56,994 nt of DNA from an uncultured Clostridia bacterium (GTDB lineage Bacteria; Bacillota; Clostridia; TANB77; CAG-465): NCBI GenBank assembly GCA_944386635.1, contig CALXBV010000083.1:1-56994 (forward strand), written 5' to 3'. The first letter of the stretch is position 1; every line of letters begins with the position of its first letter. Below are positions 1 to 9,696 of this stretch, piece by piece. Under the pieces are notes generated by a model. That model worked only from the letters and a program-made list of their open reading frames with translations, searched no databases and had not been told where the DNA came from. Position numbers and translations under genes: made by a program.

Positions 1-569
1 TTACAGAATGTAAAGAGGAAGTAGAATTTTTCAATAAATTCTTTGATAAAGAGCTTATTGAAAGATTAAATCATATATATAATTCTGAGTTTGTAAGAAT
101 TACATATACAGATGCTGTTGAATTATTAAAAGAGCATAATGATGAATTTGAATATAAAGTTGAATGGGGAACAGATCTTCAAACAGAACATGAAAGATAT
201 TTAACAGAGAAGATATTTAAAAAGCCTGTTTTTGTAACAGATTATCCAAAGGATATAAAGGCGTTTTATATGAAACAAAATGATGATAATAAAACAGTAA
301 GAGCTGTAGATATGCTTGTTCCGGGAATAGGTGAGATAATAGGTGGCTCACAAAGAGAAGAAGATTATGACAAATTAGTAAATAGAATGAATGAACTAGG
401 ACTAGATCGAAATGAATATGAATGGTATTTAGACACTAGAAAATATGGTACAGTTGTTCATTCTGGATTTGGGTTAGGATTTGAAAGATTAGTTATGTAT
501 ATGAAAGGTATGTCAAATATAAGAGATGTTATACCATTCCCAAGAACACCAGGAAATTGTTTATATTAA
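1..569 (+). CDS. asnS: Asparagine--tRNA ligase, 3' part (5' end outside the window)
   Basis: Frame open from nt 3: [56 protein letters not shown]; TAA 567-569. Confidence 0.96.
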   Translation, partial: TECKEEVEFFNKFFDKELIERLNHIYNSEFVRITYTDAVELLKEHNDEFEYKVEWGTDLQTEHERYLTEKIFKKPVFVTDYPKDIKAFYMKQNDDNKTVRAVDMLVPGIGEIIGGSQREEDYDKLVNRMNELGLDRNEYEWYLDTRKYGTVVHSGFGLGFERLVMYMKGMSNIRDVIPFPRTPGNCLY

Positions 570-582
570 GGAGAGATAAAAG

Positions 583-2358
583 ATGAGCGAATATAGAACA
601 CATACATGTAATGAATTAAGAGAAGAGGATGCAGGTAAAGAAGTTAAATTATCTGGATTTGTAAAAACAATTAGAGATCTAGGTGGATGTGTATTTATAG
701 ATTTAAGAGATCATTATGGAATTACACAACTTACAACAGAAGATCCTAAATTATTAGAACAAATTAAAAAAATTAATGTGGAGGCTTCTATAACTGTAGA
801 AGGAACTGTAGTTAAAAGACCAGATGAAAACATTAATGATAAGTTAGCAACAGGAAGAGTAGAGGTAGAATTAAAAAGTATTATTATTCAAAATAATGTA
901 CTATTACCTATGCCTTTTGAAGTTGAAAAGAGTCATGATGTAAAAGAAGATCTAAGATTACAATATAGGTTCTTAGATTTAAGAAATGAGTCTATACATG
1001 AAAAAATAGTTTTTAGAAGTAAAGTATTAAAATGTTTAAGAGATAAAATGGACAGTATGGGATTTGTAGAGGTACAAACTCCAATTCTTACATCATCATC
1101 ACCAGAGGGTGCAAGAGATTATCTTATACCATCAAGGTTACATCCGGGTGAATTTTATGCATTACCACAGGCACCACAGCAATTTAAACAGTTACTAATG
1201 ATTTCAGGCTTTGATAAATATTATCAAATTGCTCCATGTTTTAGAGATGAGGATCCAAGAGCAGATAGATCACCAGGAGAGTTTTATCAACTAGATTTTG
1301 AAATGTCATTTGTTACACAAAAAGAAGTACTTGAAACTCTAAAAGAGGTAACAACACATGTATTTACAAAATATGGTCATGGAAAAATATCTGAGGATTC
1401 ATTTATAGAGATTCCATATAAAACAGCAATGGATAAATATGGAACAGACAAACCAGATTTAAGAAATCCATTAGTTCTTACTGATGTTAGTGAATGTTTT
1501 AAGAATTCAGGATTCAATGCTTTCAAAGGAAAGACTGTCAAAGCAATTGCAATTGATAGTAGTTTAGTAACAAGAAGATTTTTTGATGAGATGACAGATT
1601 TTGCTAAATCAGAGCTAGATATGAAAGGTCTTGCTTGGATAAAAATAAATGAGGACTCAACAGTTGTTGGGCCAATCGCAAAATATTTATCTGAAGACAT
1701 ATTAAAGGATATGCTTGAAAAGACAGGTGCTAAAGAAAATTATGGAATATTCTTTATTGCAAATGAGGATTACTTAACTGCATGTAAGGATGCTGGAAAT
1801 ATAAGAAATGAACTTGGAAAAAGATTAGGATTAATAGATGAAAATATATATAAATTCTGCTTTATTGTAGACTTTCCTTTTTATGAGTTAACTGATGATG
1901 GAAGAATTGATTTTGGACATAATCCATTTTCTATGCCACAAGGAGGTCTTGAAGCATTAGAAACTAAAGATCCTTTAGATATTTTAGCTTATCAATTTGA
2001 TATGGTTGGAAATGGCTACGAACTTGCATCTGGTGCTGTTAGAAATCATGATACTGCTATTATGACTAAGGCATTTGAAATAGCCGGTTATAGCGAAGAG
2101 ACAGTAAAAAATAAATTTGGTGCATTATACAATGCATTTAAGTATGGTGCTCCACCACATGCTGGTGCTGCTCCTGGAATTGATAGAATGATAATGGTCC
2201 TTTTAGGAGAAACAAATATTAGAGAGATTATTGCTTTTCCTAAAAATAGTAAAGCAAGAGATCTTTTAATGCAAGCTCCAAATTATGTAACAGATGAGCA
2301 ATTAAGAGATGTTCACATAAAAATCGATATAAAAGATAAAGATAAAAGAGAGGAATAA
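583..2358 (+). CDS. aspS: Aspartate--tRNA ligase
   Basis: YRTHTC, FIDLRD, LRLQYRFLDLR, YALPQAPQQFKQLLM, CFRDED, GIDR; GGAGAG RBS. Confidence 0.97.
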   Translation: MSEYRTHTCNELREEDAGKEVKLSGFVKTIRDLGGCVFIDLRDHYGITQLTTEDPKLLEQIKKINVEASITVEGTVVKRPDENINDKLATGRVEVELKSIIIQNNVLLPMPFEVEKSHDVKEDLRLQYRFLDLRNESIHEKIVFRSKVLKCLRDKMDSMGFVEVQTPILTSSSPEGARDYLIPSRLHPGEFYALPQAPQQFKQLLMISGFDKYYQIAPCFRDEDPRADRSPGEFYQLDFEMSFVTQKEVLETLKEVTTHVFTKYGHGKISEDSFIEIPYKTAMDKYGTDKPDLRNPLVLTDVSECFKNSGFNAFKGKTVKAIAIDSSLVTRRFFDEMTDFAKSELDMKGLAWIKINEDSTVVGPIAKYLSEDILKDMLEKTGAKENYGIFFIANEDYLTACKDAGNIRNELGKRLGLIDENIYKFCFIVDFPFYELTDDGRIDFGHNPFSMPQGGLEALETKDPLDILAYQFDMVGNGYELASGAVRNHDTAIMTKAFEIAGYSEETVKNKFGALYNAFKYGAPPHAGAAPGIDRMIMVLLGETNIREIIAFPKNSKARDLLMQAPNYVTDEQLRDVHIKIDIKDKDKREE

Positions 2359-2360
2359 AT

Positions 2361-3332
2361 ATGAAAATAGCAATTCTTGGAGTTGGAGCTTATGCTATAG
2401 CTCTCGCAAGAGTATTTAATAAAAATGAAAATAATGAGGTAATGATGTGGGCAAAGTTTAAAGAAGAAGCATCAGTTGTAATAAAAAAAAGAGAAAATCC
2501 TGGTGTATTACCAGGAGTAAAAATCCCTAGTAATATAAAGATAACTATGAATTTGGGGGCATGTATGGAGGGGGCAAGTATTGTTATACTTGCTGTTCCT
2601 GCCGTTGCTGTAAGACAAGTATCTGAAGAGGTAAGTGTGTATGCTAAAAAAGATCAAATTTTATGTGTAGTTTCAAAAGGAATTGAACCTAAGACAAATA
2701 TGTTTATGAGTGAAATATTGTATCAAGCAACAAACAATGAGAATATTTGCATGATATCTGGTCCTTCTTTTGCAATAGAAATCGCAAATGGTGGAAAAAC
2801 TGGATTTAATATAGCTTGTAAAAATATTGATATAGCTAATATTGTAAAAGAACAATTTGAGAATGGACTTGTAGTGAGTACATGTGATGATATTATTGGC
2901 GTACAAGTTGCGGCATCAATAAAAAATGTTTTTGCAATATTTATGGGAATGCTAACTGGTATGGATATGACAGATTCATATAAGGCTAGTTGTTTGGCTT
3001 GTTTGGTAAGAGATCTAGGTGATACAATAGTAGCACTAGGGGGAAAAAGAGAAACAATATTTACTTATGCTGGACTTGGAGATATGCTTCTTACATGTAT
3101 GAGTACTAAGAGTAGAAATTTTACCTTTGGTACATATATAGGAAGAGGATATACAATGCAAGATGCTTTTGAGACTATGTCAGTAAAGACAGTAGAAGGA
3201 ATATATACACTTAGTACAATAAAAGATTTAATGAAGAGTAAAAATTTCAATATAAAATCTTTAGATGTTTTATATGGAATATTATATAATAATGATTCAA
3301 AGGAAGATTTATTAGATAAGATTAAAATGTAA
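2361..3332 (+). CDS. gpsA: NAD(P)H-dependent glycerol-3-phosphate dehydrogenase
   Basis: MKIAILGVG Rossmann start, SKGIE, ISGPSFAIE, IKNVFAI, GLGDMLLTC, SRNFTFG, VEG. Confidence 0.93.
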   Translation: MKIAILGVGAYAIALARVFNKNENNEVMMWAKFKEEASVVIKKRENPGVLPGVKIPSNIKITMNLGACMEGASIVILAVPAVAVRQVSEEVSVYAKKDQILCVVSKGIEPKTNMFMSEILYQATNNENICMISGPSFAIEIANGGKTGFNIACKNIDIANIVKEQFENGLVVSTCDDIIGVQVAASIKNVFAIFMGMLTGMDMTDSYKASCLACLVRDLGDTIVALGGKRETIFTYAGLGDMLLTCMSTKSRNFTFGTYIGRGYTMQDAFETMSVKTVEGIYTLSTIKDLMKSKNFNIKSLDVLYGILYNNDSKEDLLDKIKM

Positions 3333-3348
3333 CAATGGAGATGTTTTA

Positions 3349-3948
3349 ATGGAAAAAGAAGAAATTCTTTTAAATATAAAAAAAGAAGCTTTAGATAATC
3401 ATATACCTATAATAGAAGATGACTCTTTAGAGTATATAAAAAAAATACTTGAAGAATGTAAACCCAACAAGATATTAGAAATTGGAACAGCTGTTGGATA
3501 TTCAGCTATAAATTTCTCAAAGTATTTATATGGAGAAAATAGTAAAATTACAACAATAGAAATAAAAGAGCAAATGTATGAAAAGGCAATTGAGAATATT
3601 TCTTTAATGAAATTACAAGACAAAATTGAGGTAATCAATGCAGATGCTACTAAATATTTAAAGCAAATCAACGATCAATATGACGTAGTTTTTATTGATG
3701 CTGCTAAAGGACAATATTTGGTATTTTTAGAAGAAGCAATTAGACTATGTAAAATCGGTGGAATTATAATTGCTGATAACATGCTATATAGAGGCAGAAC
3801 TTTATCTAATTATAATGAGCATAAACATAGAACTGCTACAAATAGATTAAGAGAATATTTAGTTCAAATGGAAGAAGATGAAAGACTGGATTCTAAACTA
3901 GTGAAAGTAGGAGATGGTCTTGCAATAAGTATAGTAAAAAGTAAATAA
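3349..3948 (+). CDS. SAM-dependent O-methyltransferase (YrrM/TrmR-like)
   Basis: ILEIGTAVGYSA motif I, YDVVFIDAAKGQY, GGIIIADN, GDGLAI. Confidence 0.85.
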   Translation: MEKEEILLNIKKEALDNHIPIIEDDSLEYIKKILEECKPNKILEIGTAVGYSAINFSKYLYGENSKITTIEIKEQMYEKAIENISLMKLQDKIEVINADATKYLKQINDQYDVVFIDAAKGQYLVFLEEAIRLCKIGGIIIADNMLYRGRTLSNYNEHKHRTATNRLREYLVQMEEDERLDSKLVKVGDGLAISIVKSK

Positions 3949-3951
3949 GGA

Positions 3952-4995
3952 GTGAAATATTTGTCACATTATAATAGCTTTGATAGTTTTAGAACTAAAA
4001 AAAGTAAAGAAAAAAAGGATAAGGCAAGAAAAAAAGCATTAACTAATACAGTAATAAAAGATGATTTTGTTGTAGATTATGCTGAAGATTTTGGAATAGT
4101 AATAGAAGTAAAATATAATAATGCATATGTTTTATATCATGATGATATTGTATTTGCGAAATTAAGAAAAGATTTAAATATCGCTTGCAATAAAATTGTA
4201 TATCCAGGAGATAAAGTAGTTTTGGAAAAAAAGAATAATGACTATATTATTCAAAATTTAATAAAGAGAAAATCACTTTTATCTAGAATAAAAGTAGATA
4301 GTACAAGAATCGAAACAAAGGGAAGTTTAAAAAATATTGCAGCAAATGTTGATTTAGCTGTTATTGTTGTATCTGCTAAAGAGCCACCTTTACATTCTAA
4401 ATTTATAGATAGATATCTTTTAATTTTACAAAGTAGTAATATTGATAGTGTGATTTGTCTAAATAAGAGTGATTTAAAAAGTGAACAAGAAGAAAAAATA
4501 CTTGATATATATAGGAAAATAGGAATCAAAGTTATTGAAACCTCTACATATGAAAATATAGGTATAGAAGAACTAAGAGATGTGTTAAGAGGAAAGCAAG
4601 CTATTTTTGTAGGTAATAGTGGAGTTGGAAAATCTTCTTTGACTAATGCAATAATGAATTATAATGATATAAAAACAGGAAGTATAAGTCAAAAAAGTAA
4701 AAGAGGCTGTCATACTACAACTTCATCTAAATATTATATTTGGGAAGATGATTCATCTATAATAGATACACCAGGAATTAGAAGTCTTGATGTATCATCT
4801 TTTGATATAGAAGAGATAAAAGAGTATTTTTATGAATTTGATGAATATAAAGGAAAGTGTAAATATAGGGATTGTCTACATTATAAAGAACCTTTAGATT
4901 CTTGTGCTATAAAATATGCAGTCGAGCAAGGAAAGATTAATAAAAATAGATATGATAGCTATGTTAGAATAATTGATGGATTAAATAATAAATAG
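3952..4995 (+). CDS. rsgA: Ribosome small subunit-dependent GTPase A
   Basis: Circularly permuted GTPase: NKSD, GNSGVGKSSL, GCHTTT, IIDTPG; C-terminal Zn site CKYRDCLH..E..C; GTG start. Confidence 0.93.
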   Translation: MKYLSHYNSFDSFRTKKSKEKKDKARKKALTNTVIKDDFVVDYAEDFGIVIEVKYNNAYVLYHDDIVFAKLRKDLNIACNKIVYPGDKVVLEKKNNDYIIQNLIKRKSLLSRIKVDSTRIETKGSLKNIAANVDLAVIVVSAKEPPLHSKFIDRYLLILQSSNIDSVICLNKSDLKSEQEEKILDIYRKIGIKVIETSTYENIGIEELRDVLRGKQAIFVGNSGVGKSSLTNAIMNYNDIKTGSISQKSKRGCHTTTSSKYYIWEDDSSIIDTPGIRSLDVSSFDIEEIKEYFYEFDEYKGKCKYRDCLHYKEPLDSCAIKYAVEQGKINKNRYDSYVRIIDGLNNK

Positions 4996-5005
4996 TTATA
5001 GAAGC

Positions 5006-5037
5006 AAAAAAATGTTGAGTTTACTCAACATTTTTTT
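5006..5037. terminator. Bidirectional intrinsic terminator between convergent rsgA and the hypothetical gene
   Basis: aaaaaaatgttgagt-tt-actcaacattttttt. Confidence 0.85.
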
Positions 5038-6733
5038 ATACTCTTACAAATTTAGATATCTCTGTGCTTTGATTTTTATATTTTTTATCAGAATAAGAGA
5101 CATTAGAAATATTAAATACTTCATATTTTTCTGACATTTTAACATTGTTGCATTTGACTTTATCATTAATAATATCCATTTTAAATATTTCAAAATTATC
5201 ATCAGAAATTGCTATAACTAATGTAGTATCATTTAAGTTTGTTATAAATACATTTTCTATATCTAAATTTTTGTATTTTTTATTCTTTAAGTATGTATAT
5301 ATTTTTTCTATATTTTGTGTACTTTTTACAGATATTGGACTGTTTAATAAAAACTTTAGATTATCTATTTTTATAATTTCAGTATTATCTTTTAACTCTT
5401 TAAAAGGCAAATCAAGGTCTTTTATTCTTAATAGTTGTAAGAATGTGCCATCTACAGATAAAGCTATTATTTCCGTATTATAAGGCAAATTAAGGCCATC
5501 TAATCTATTAAAATTCATATTGCTATATATTTTAGTATATTTTTCAGAAGAAAGTACTTCTGAAGCAATACTATATTTAATTTTTTCAATTAAATTTGAA
5601 GAGCTATTTTCAAAAGTATTTAATACTTTATATGATATTGTATTAAAAATACTATCCTCTAATTTTTTATTTTTGAAAATCATCATTTTAGATAATTGTT
5701 TTTGTTTTATTGTAAATTGAATAGGTGAATATTTATCTTCTGAATTTAAAAGTGTATCTACTAGTATATTTTGTATATTTACAACATCTTGGATTATTTC
5801 TTCTTCAAGTTGATTCATTGTCTCTGAAAGACTTACTTGTATATCTTCAGTGTCATCATCTTCTAGTTCAGGTCTAATTTTATATATTTCTCTAGAAATC
5901 TGATATACTAAATTATCTTTTTCTCTAATAATTTTTTCATCTACTTTTTTATCAGGCAATACTTTTTTAGAAGATATAAAATTGTCATCTAATAATTTAT
6001 TAAAATATATAAGTTTATTATAATTTGAGTAATTTTTACTTGCTTTGTCAAATATATTTAATAATTTTTCTGGATCATTTACTTTATTCTTTTTTAGTAT
6101 TTTATTAAAATAAGTAGATGGATTTATAAATAGGTGATAGTATAGATCTTCTTCTTCGATATTTAAAGAGTAGCAGATTTGCTTTAATATTTGTCCTTCT
6201 AAGAAATATATATTGTTATCAGTAGTTATTCCATTACCTAAAAAATCATTTGTATATGTTCTATATGTTGGAACTATACTTAGTGTAGTAGGCTCAGTGT
6301 ATAGTAGTCTACATACAAGGTTTGATACCACAGCTCTATTAAGGCCAAAGTTTGTATGTACTTGTTTGTAACTTGATTTTGACAAAGATGTTTTTGAGTA
6401 ACCAACATAAAAAGTATTATCGTTTTTCTGCGATGTAGTTATAGCATAAATAAGACGCAAAAATAACGATTCTAAGTCATTAGAATCTTTTATATACAAT
6501 TCTTTTTTAATAGCATCATAATATCCTGTTTTATAATCATGAGCTTTGTCTGAACTTAGAAAAACAGCATCTACATTATTATATAATTTTTTTGAAAGCT
6601 TAGATACATTTATATTATCTAGATATCCAAAGCTTATTAATTTTTCAAATAGAAAATTTACTTTCTCAATAAATTCATTATCCAATTTACATTTTTCTTG
6701 AAATTTTTCTAAATAATTCATATAAACCTCCAC
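5036..6733 (-). CDS. Hypothetical protein, 565 aa; N-terminal region resembles a zincin-like domain that has lost its metal ligands
   Basis: Long ORF with GGAG-type RBS; family resemblance judged by eye only. Confidence 0.7.
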   Translation of the reverse strand: MEVYMNYLEKFQEKCKLDNEFIEKVNFLFEKLISFGYLDNINVSKLSKKLYNNVDAVFLSSDKAHDYKTGYYDAIKKELYIKDSNDLESLFLRLIYAITTSQKNDNTFYVGYSKTSLSKSSYKQVHTNFGLNRAVVSNLVCRLLYTEPTTLSIVPTYRTYTNDFLGNGITTDNNIYFLEGQILKQICYSLNIEEEDLYYHLFINPSTYFNKILKKNKVNDPEKLLNIFDKASKNYSNYNKLIYFNKLLDDNFISSKKVLPDKKVDEKIIREKDNLVYQISREIYKIRPELEDDDTEDIQVSLSETMNQLEEEIIQDVVNIQNILVDTLLNSEDKYSPIQFTIKQKQLSKMMIFKNKKLEDSIFNTISYKVLNTFENSSSNLIEKIKYSIASEVLSSEKYTKIYSNMNFNRLDGLNLPYNTEIIALSVDGTFLQLLRIKDLDLPFKELKDNTEIIKIDNLKFLLNSPISVKSTQNIEKIYTYLKNKKYKNLDIENVFITNLNDTTLVIAISDDNFEIFKMDIINDKVKCNNVKMSEKYEVFNISNVSYSDKKYKNQSTEISKFVRV

Positions 6734-6812
6734 TGATTATTTATTATGATTTTATAATAAAGTAGTAAAATATACAAGCATATTGACAAAAAGAAACATA
6801 AATAAAATAAAG

Positions 6813-6837
6813 AAAAGGCAAACTATGTTTGCCTTTT
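6813..6837 (-). terminator. Intrinsic terminator after glmU
   Basis: aaaaggcaaac-tat-gtttgcctttt directly after tandem TAG TAG. Confidence 0.75.
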
Positions 6838-6843
6838 AAACTA

Positions 6844-7908
6844 CTAATTATTTTGAAACTCTTTTAAAGAAGGAATCACTGTATTATCTTTGATATATGT
6901 GTTTGGTAAAATATTATTAAAAGGTCCAACTTTGCAATTATTTCCGATAGATGACCTATCTACTTTAGAACTCTCTATAATAGTATTATTTCCAATAGAA
7001 GAAGAAATAATAGTAGAATTTGGTCCTATAATGCAGTTTTCTCCAATTATTGTTTCACCTTGAATATTTGTACCAGGATAGATAATAGTATCTTTTCCAA
7101 TTTGTACATCTAAAGATATATAGGTGTTATCTGGATCTATTAATGTGACACCACTATCCATATGTTTTATACGATTGTCACGTAGCAAAGTTTTTGTTAC
7201 AATTGAAAGATCGTTTCTAGAATTTACTCCTTGTGCTTCATCTGAATTTTGAATTACATAAACTCCAATTTTTCCTCCATTTTTAATGATATAGTACGGA
7301 ACATCTGTTATATAATATTCATTTTGTGCATTGTTATTGTTTAGTTTCGAAAAAGTATCTTTTAAATATTTTCCCTTAAAACAATAAAGTCCAATATTTA
7401 CTTCTTTTATTGCAAGTTCATCTTCATTACAGTCTTTTTGTTCTACTATTTTAGAGAGATTTCCATATGAATCCCTAATAATTCTTCCATATGCTGGAGT
7501 CTTATCAAAAACAGCAGATACAAGAGCACCATCAAAGTTACCAAGCTCTAAAAAAGAAATGAAAGATGTAATTGTATAAGGTGAAATAAGAGGCATATCT
7601 CCATTTACTATTAAAACTAAATCATCATCTTCAATGTATTTGCTTGCTTGCATAACTGCGTGCCCTGTACCAAGTTGTTCTTTTTGATAGATACATTTTA
7701 CATTTTCTCTTGTCTTTAGTTGTTCTTCTACTTGTTCATGCATATGTCCAACAATTACGTAAATATCATCTATATTAGCATTTTCACAAGCATCACAAAC
7801 GTAGTCTATTATACATCTATCATATACTTTGTGCAGTACTTTAGGTAAGTTAGATTTCATTCTAGTACCTTTTCCTGCTGCTAAAACTATAGCTTTTATT
7901 TTTTTCAT
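6844..7908 (-). CDS. glmU: GlmU-like protein: uridyltransferase domain plus only the start of the left-handed beta-helix (C-terminally short)
   Basis: LAAGKGTRMKSNLPKVLH, QKEQLGTGHAV, YGRIIR, EYYITD, GVTLIDP, hexapeptide repeats ending after VGPF; ATG 7908 fits the AAGGAG spacing better than GTG 7917. Confidence 0.88.
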   Translation of the reverse strand: MKKIKAIVLAAGKGTRMKSNLPKVLHKVYDRCIIDYVCDACENANIDDIYVIVGHMHEQVEEQLKTRENVKCIYQKEQLGTGHAVMQASKYIEDDDLVLIVNGDMPLISPYTITSFISFLELGNFDGALVSAVFDKTPAYGRIIRDSYGNLSKIVEQKDCNEDELAIKEVNIGLYCFKGKYLKDTFSKLNNNNAQNEYYITDVPYYIIKNGGKIGVYVIQNSDEAQGVNSRNDLSIVTKTLLRDNRIKHMDSGVTLIDPDNTYISLDVQIGKDTIIYPGTNIQGETIIGENCIIGPNSTIISSSIGNNTIIESSKVDRSSIGNNCKVGPFNNILPNTYIKDNTVIPSLKEFQNN

Positions 7909-7991
7909 TAATATCACTTCTCCTTAATAAATTATATTTTTACTTATTAAAATATAACAAGATCATTTTATCATAGTAGATGCTAATTGTC

Positions 7992-8028
7992 AAAAAAATA
8001 AAGGTAACAAAATTTATTCTGTTACCTT
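7992..8028 (-). terminator. Intrinsic terminator after rmuC
   Basis: aaggtaaca...tgttacctt stem with a U-rich tract on the minus strand. Confidence 0.65.
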
Positions 8029-8060
8029 GAGATTTTTTATAATATATTTATGAAAAAAAT

Positions 8061-9365
8061 TTAATCTTGATCTGCTTCTTCTGAATTTATTGTATAATTA
8101 TCATCTTCAAAAGTATCATCTGATGAAGGGAGCGCATCCATTAAATCTTTCCCATAAAATTCATCTTCATCAGTGACTGGGAGTGCTTCAACATTTTTTA
8201 GTTTCCTTTGTATAGTTCTTGTCTTAGCACTAGCTCTTTCCATTGTATTACTAATTTCTTGTAATTTTTTATTAGTTTTGTCTAGTAGATCTCCAAATTT
8301 TTCAAATTCTGATTTTACGCCTCCTAAAAGTTTCCAAACTTCACTTGATCTTTTCTCGATAGCAAGTGTCCTAAATCCCATTTGTAAACTATTTAAAAGA
8401 GCAACAAATGTGTTTGGTCCAGATACTATTACTCTATATTTTTGTGCTAGTGTTTCTACGAGTACCGTATTTTTTACGATTTCACAATATAAGCTTTCGG
8501 TAGGTAAGAACATAATACCAAAATCTGTTGTGTATGGTGTTTCTATATATTTGTCATGAATATCTTTTGCAAAAAGTTTTATTGAATTTTCTAGGCTCTT
8601 TTTAGCATCATTAATTTGTTGTAAGTCACCAGCTTCTTGTGCATCAACAAGTCTTTTATAATCTTCAACTGGAAATTTTGAATCTACAGGAAGTAGAACA
8701 TTTTGTCCATCAGTTTTTCCAGGAAGTTTAATAGCAAATTCTACAAATTCTGTAGCATTTGGCTTTGTTTTAGCACTACAAATATATTGGTCTGGAGTAA
8801 GGTATTCTTGTAATATATTTCCAAGTTCAACTTCACCCCAAGTGCCACGAGCTTTAACATTAGTAAAGATTTTCTTTAAATCTCCAACACCTTGAGCCAA
8901 ATTTTGCATTTCTCCAAGACCTTTATATACAGATTCAAGTCTATCGTTTACTACTTTAAATGATTCACCAAGTCTTTGTTCTAGTGTACCTTGTAATTTT
9001 TCATCAACTGTAACTCTCATTTTCTCTAATTTATCTGCATTATCTTTTTGTAGATATAGTAATCTATCTTCAACTGTTCTACGTATTAATTCTAGTTTTT
9101 CTTCCATATTTTTACGTGTATTTTCTAATTTTTGTTCATTTATATTTGTTAAATTTGCGAGTTGAAGCTGCTGAGTATTACCATTTTCAGATATTTTAGC
9201 ACCTATATTATTTAAAAGTTCTTCACGTGTATGCATAAGCATAGTAGATATTTCTTGTCTTAAATTATCTGAATTATTGCTTTTATTTTTTAAATTAATT
9301 AATAATGCTATTATAACTATTAATAAGAGTAGTATAATACCACATAAAATTGTTGTTAAATCCAT
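8061..9365 (-). CDS. rmuC: DNA recombination protein RmuC
   Basis: N-terminal TM, coiled coil, KARGTWGEVEL, LPVDSKFP, DFGIMFLPTESLY, LQMGFRTLAIEKRSSEVW. Confidence 0.93.
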   Translation of the reverse strand: MDLTTILCGIILLLLIVIIALLINLKNKSNNSDNLRQEISTMLMHTREELLNNIGAKISENGNTQQLQLANLTNINEQKLENTRKNMEEKLELIRRTVEDRLLYLQKDNADKLEKMRVTVDEKLQGTLEQRLGESFKVVNDRLESVYKGLGEMQNLAQGVGDLKKIFTNVKARGTWGEVELGNILQEYLTPDQYICSAKTKPNATEFVEFAIKLPGKTDGQNVLLPVDSKFPVEDYKRLVDAQEAGDLQQINDAKKSLENSIKLFAKDIHDKYIETPYTTDFGIMFLPTESLYCEIVKNTVLVETLAQKYRVIVSGPNTFVALLNSLQMGFRTLAIEKRSSEVWKLLGGVKSEFEKFGDLLDKTNKKLQEISNTMERASAKTRTIQRKLKNVEALPVTDEDEFYGKDLMDALPSSDDTFEDDNYTINSEEADQD

Positions 9366-9474
9366 ATATTTACCTCATTTCTATACAGCAAAAATTATAT
9401 CAAACAAACAAAAGTTTGTCAATTGAATCTATATTATATAATTTTAAATTTATGATTAAATTATATTAAAACTA

Positions 9475-9503
9475 TTGACAAAATAGTTGGCATATGTTAT
9501 TAT
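9475..9503 (+). promoter_or_regulatory. SigA promoter of tRNA-Leu
   Basis: TTGACA-17 bp-TATTAT with extended TG. Confidence 0.7.
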
Positions 9504-9516
9504 AATAAGCGTAGTT

Positions 9517-9601
9517 GCGGGTATGGTGGAATTGGCAGACACGTCGGTCTTAGAAGCCGATGCCGCGAGGCGTGAAGGTTCAAGTCCTTTTACCCGCACC
9601 A
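9517..9601 (+). tRNA. tRNA-Leu (anticodon TAG)
   Basis: Acceptor GCGGGTA/TACCCGC, D loop GGAATTGGCAGAC, anticodon arm TCGGT-CTTAGAA-GCCGA, long variable arm, GGTTCAAGTCC, encoded CCA. Confidence 0.97.
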
Positions 9602-9605
9602 CACT

Positions 9606-9632
9606 AATCATCTTTTTAGATGATTTTTTTTT
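9606..9632 (+). terminator. Terminator of tRNA-Leu
   Basis: aatcatct-tttt-agatgatt followed by a T tract. Confidence 0.8.
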
Positions 9633-9696
9633 GTCTTTTTTTAATTATGTTGAAAAAAATAATTATTAATGCTATTCTAAAAATAGAGGTGTTTAT

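Noticed and set aside
9487-9669. 60-aa ORF in the track
   Set aside because: It overlaps tRNA-Leu and its terminator, so it is spurious.
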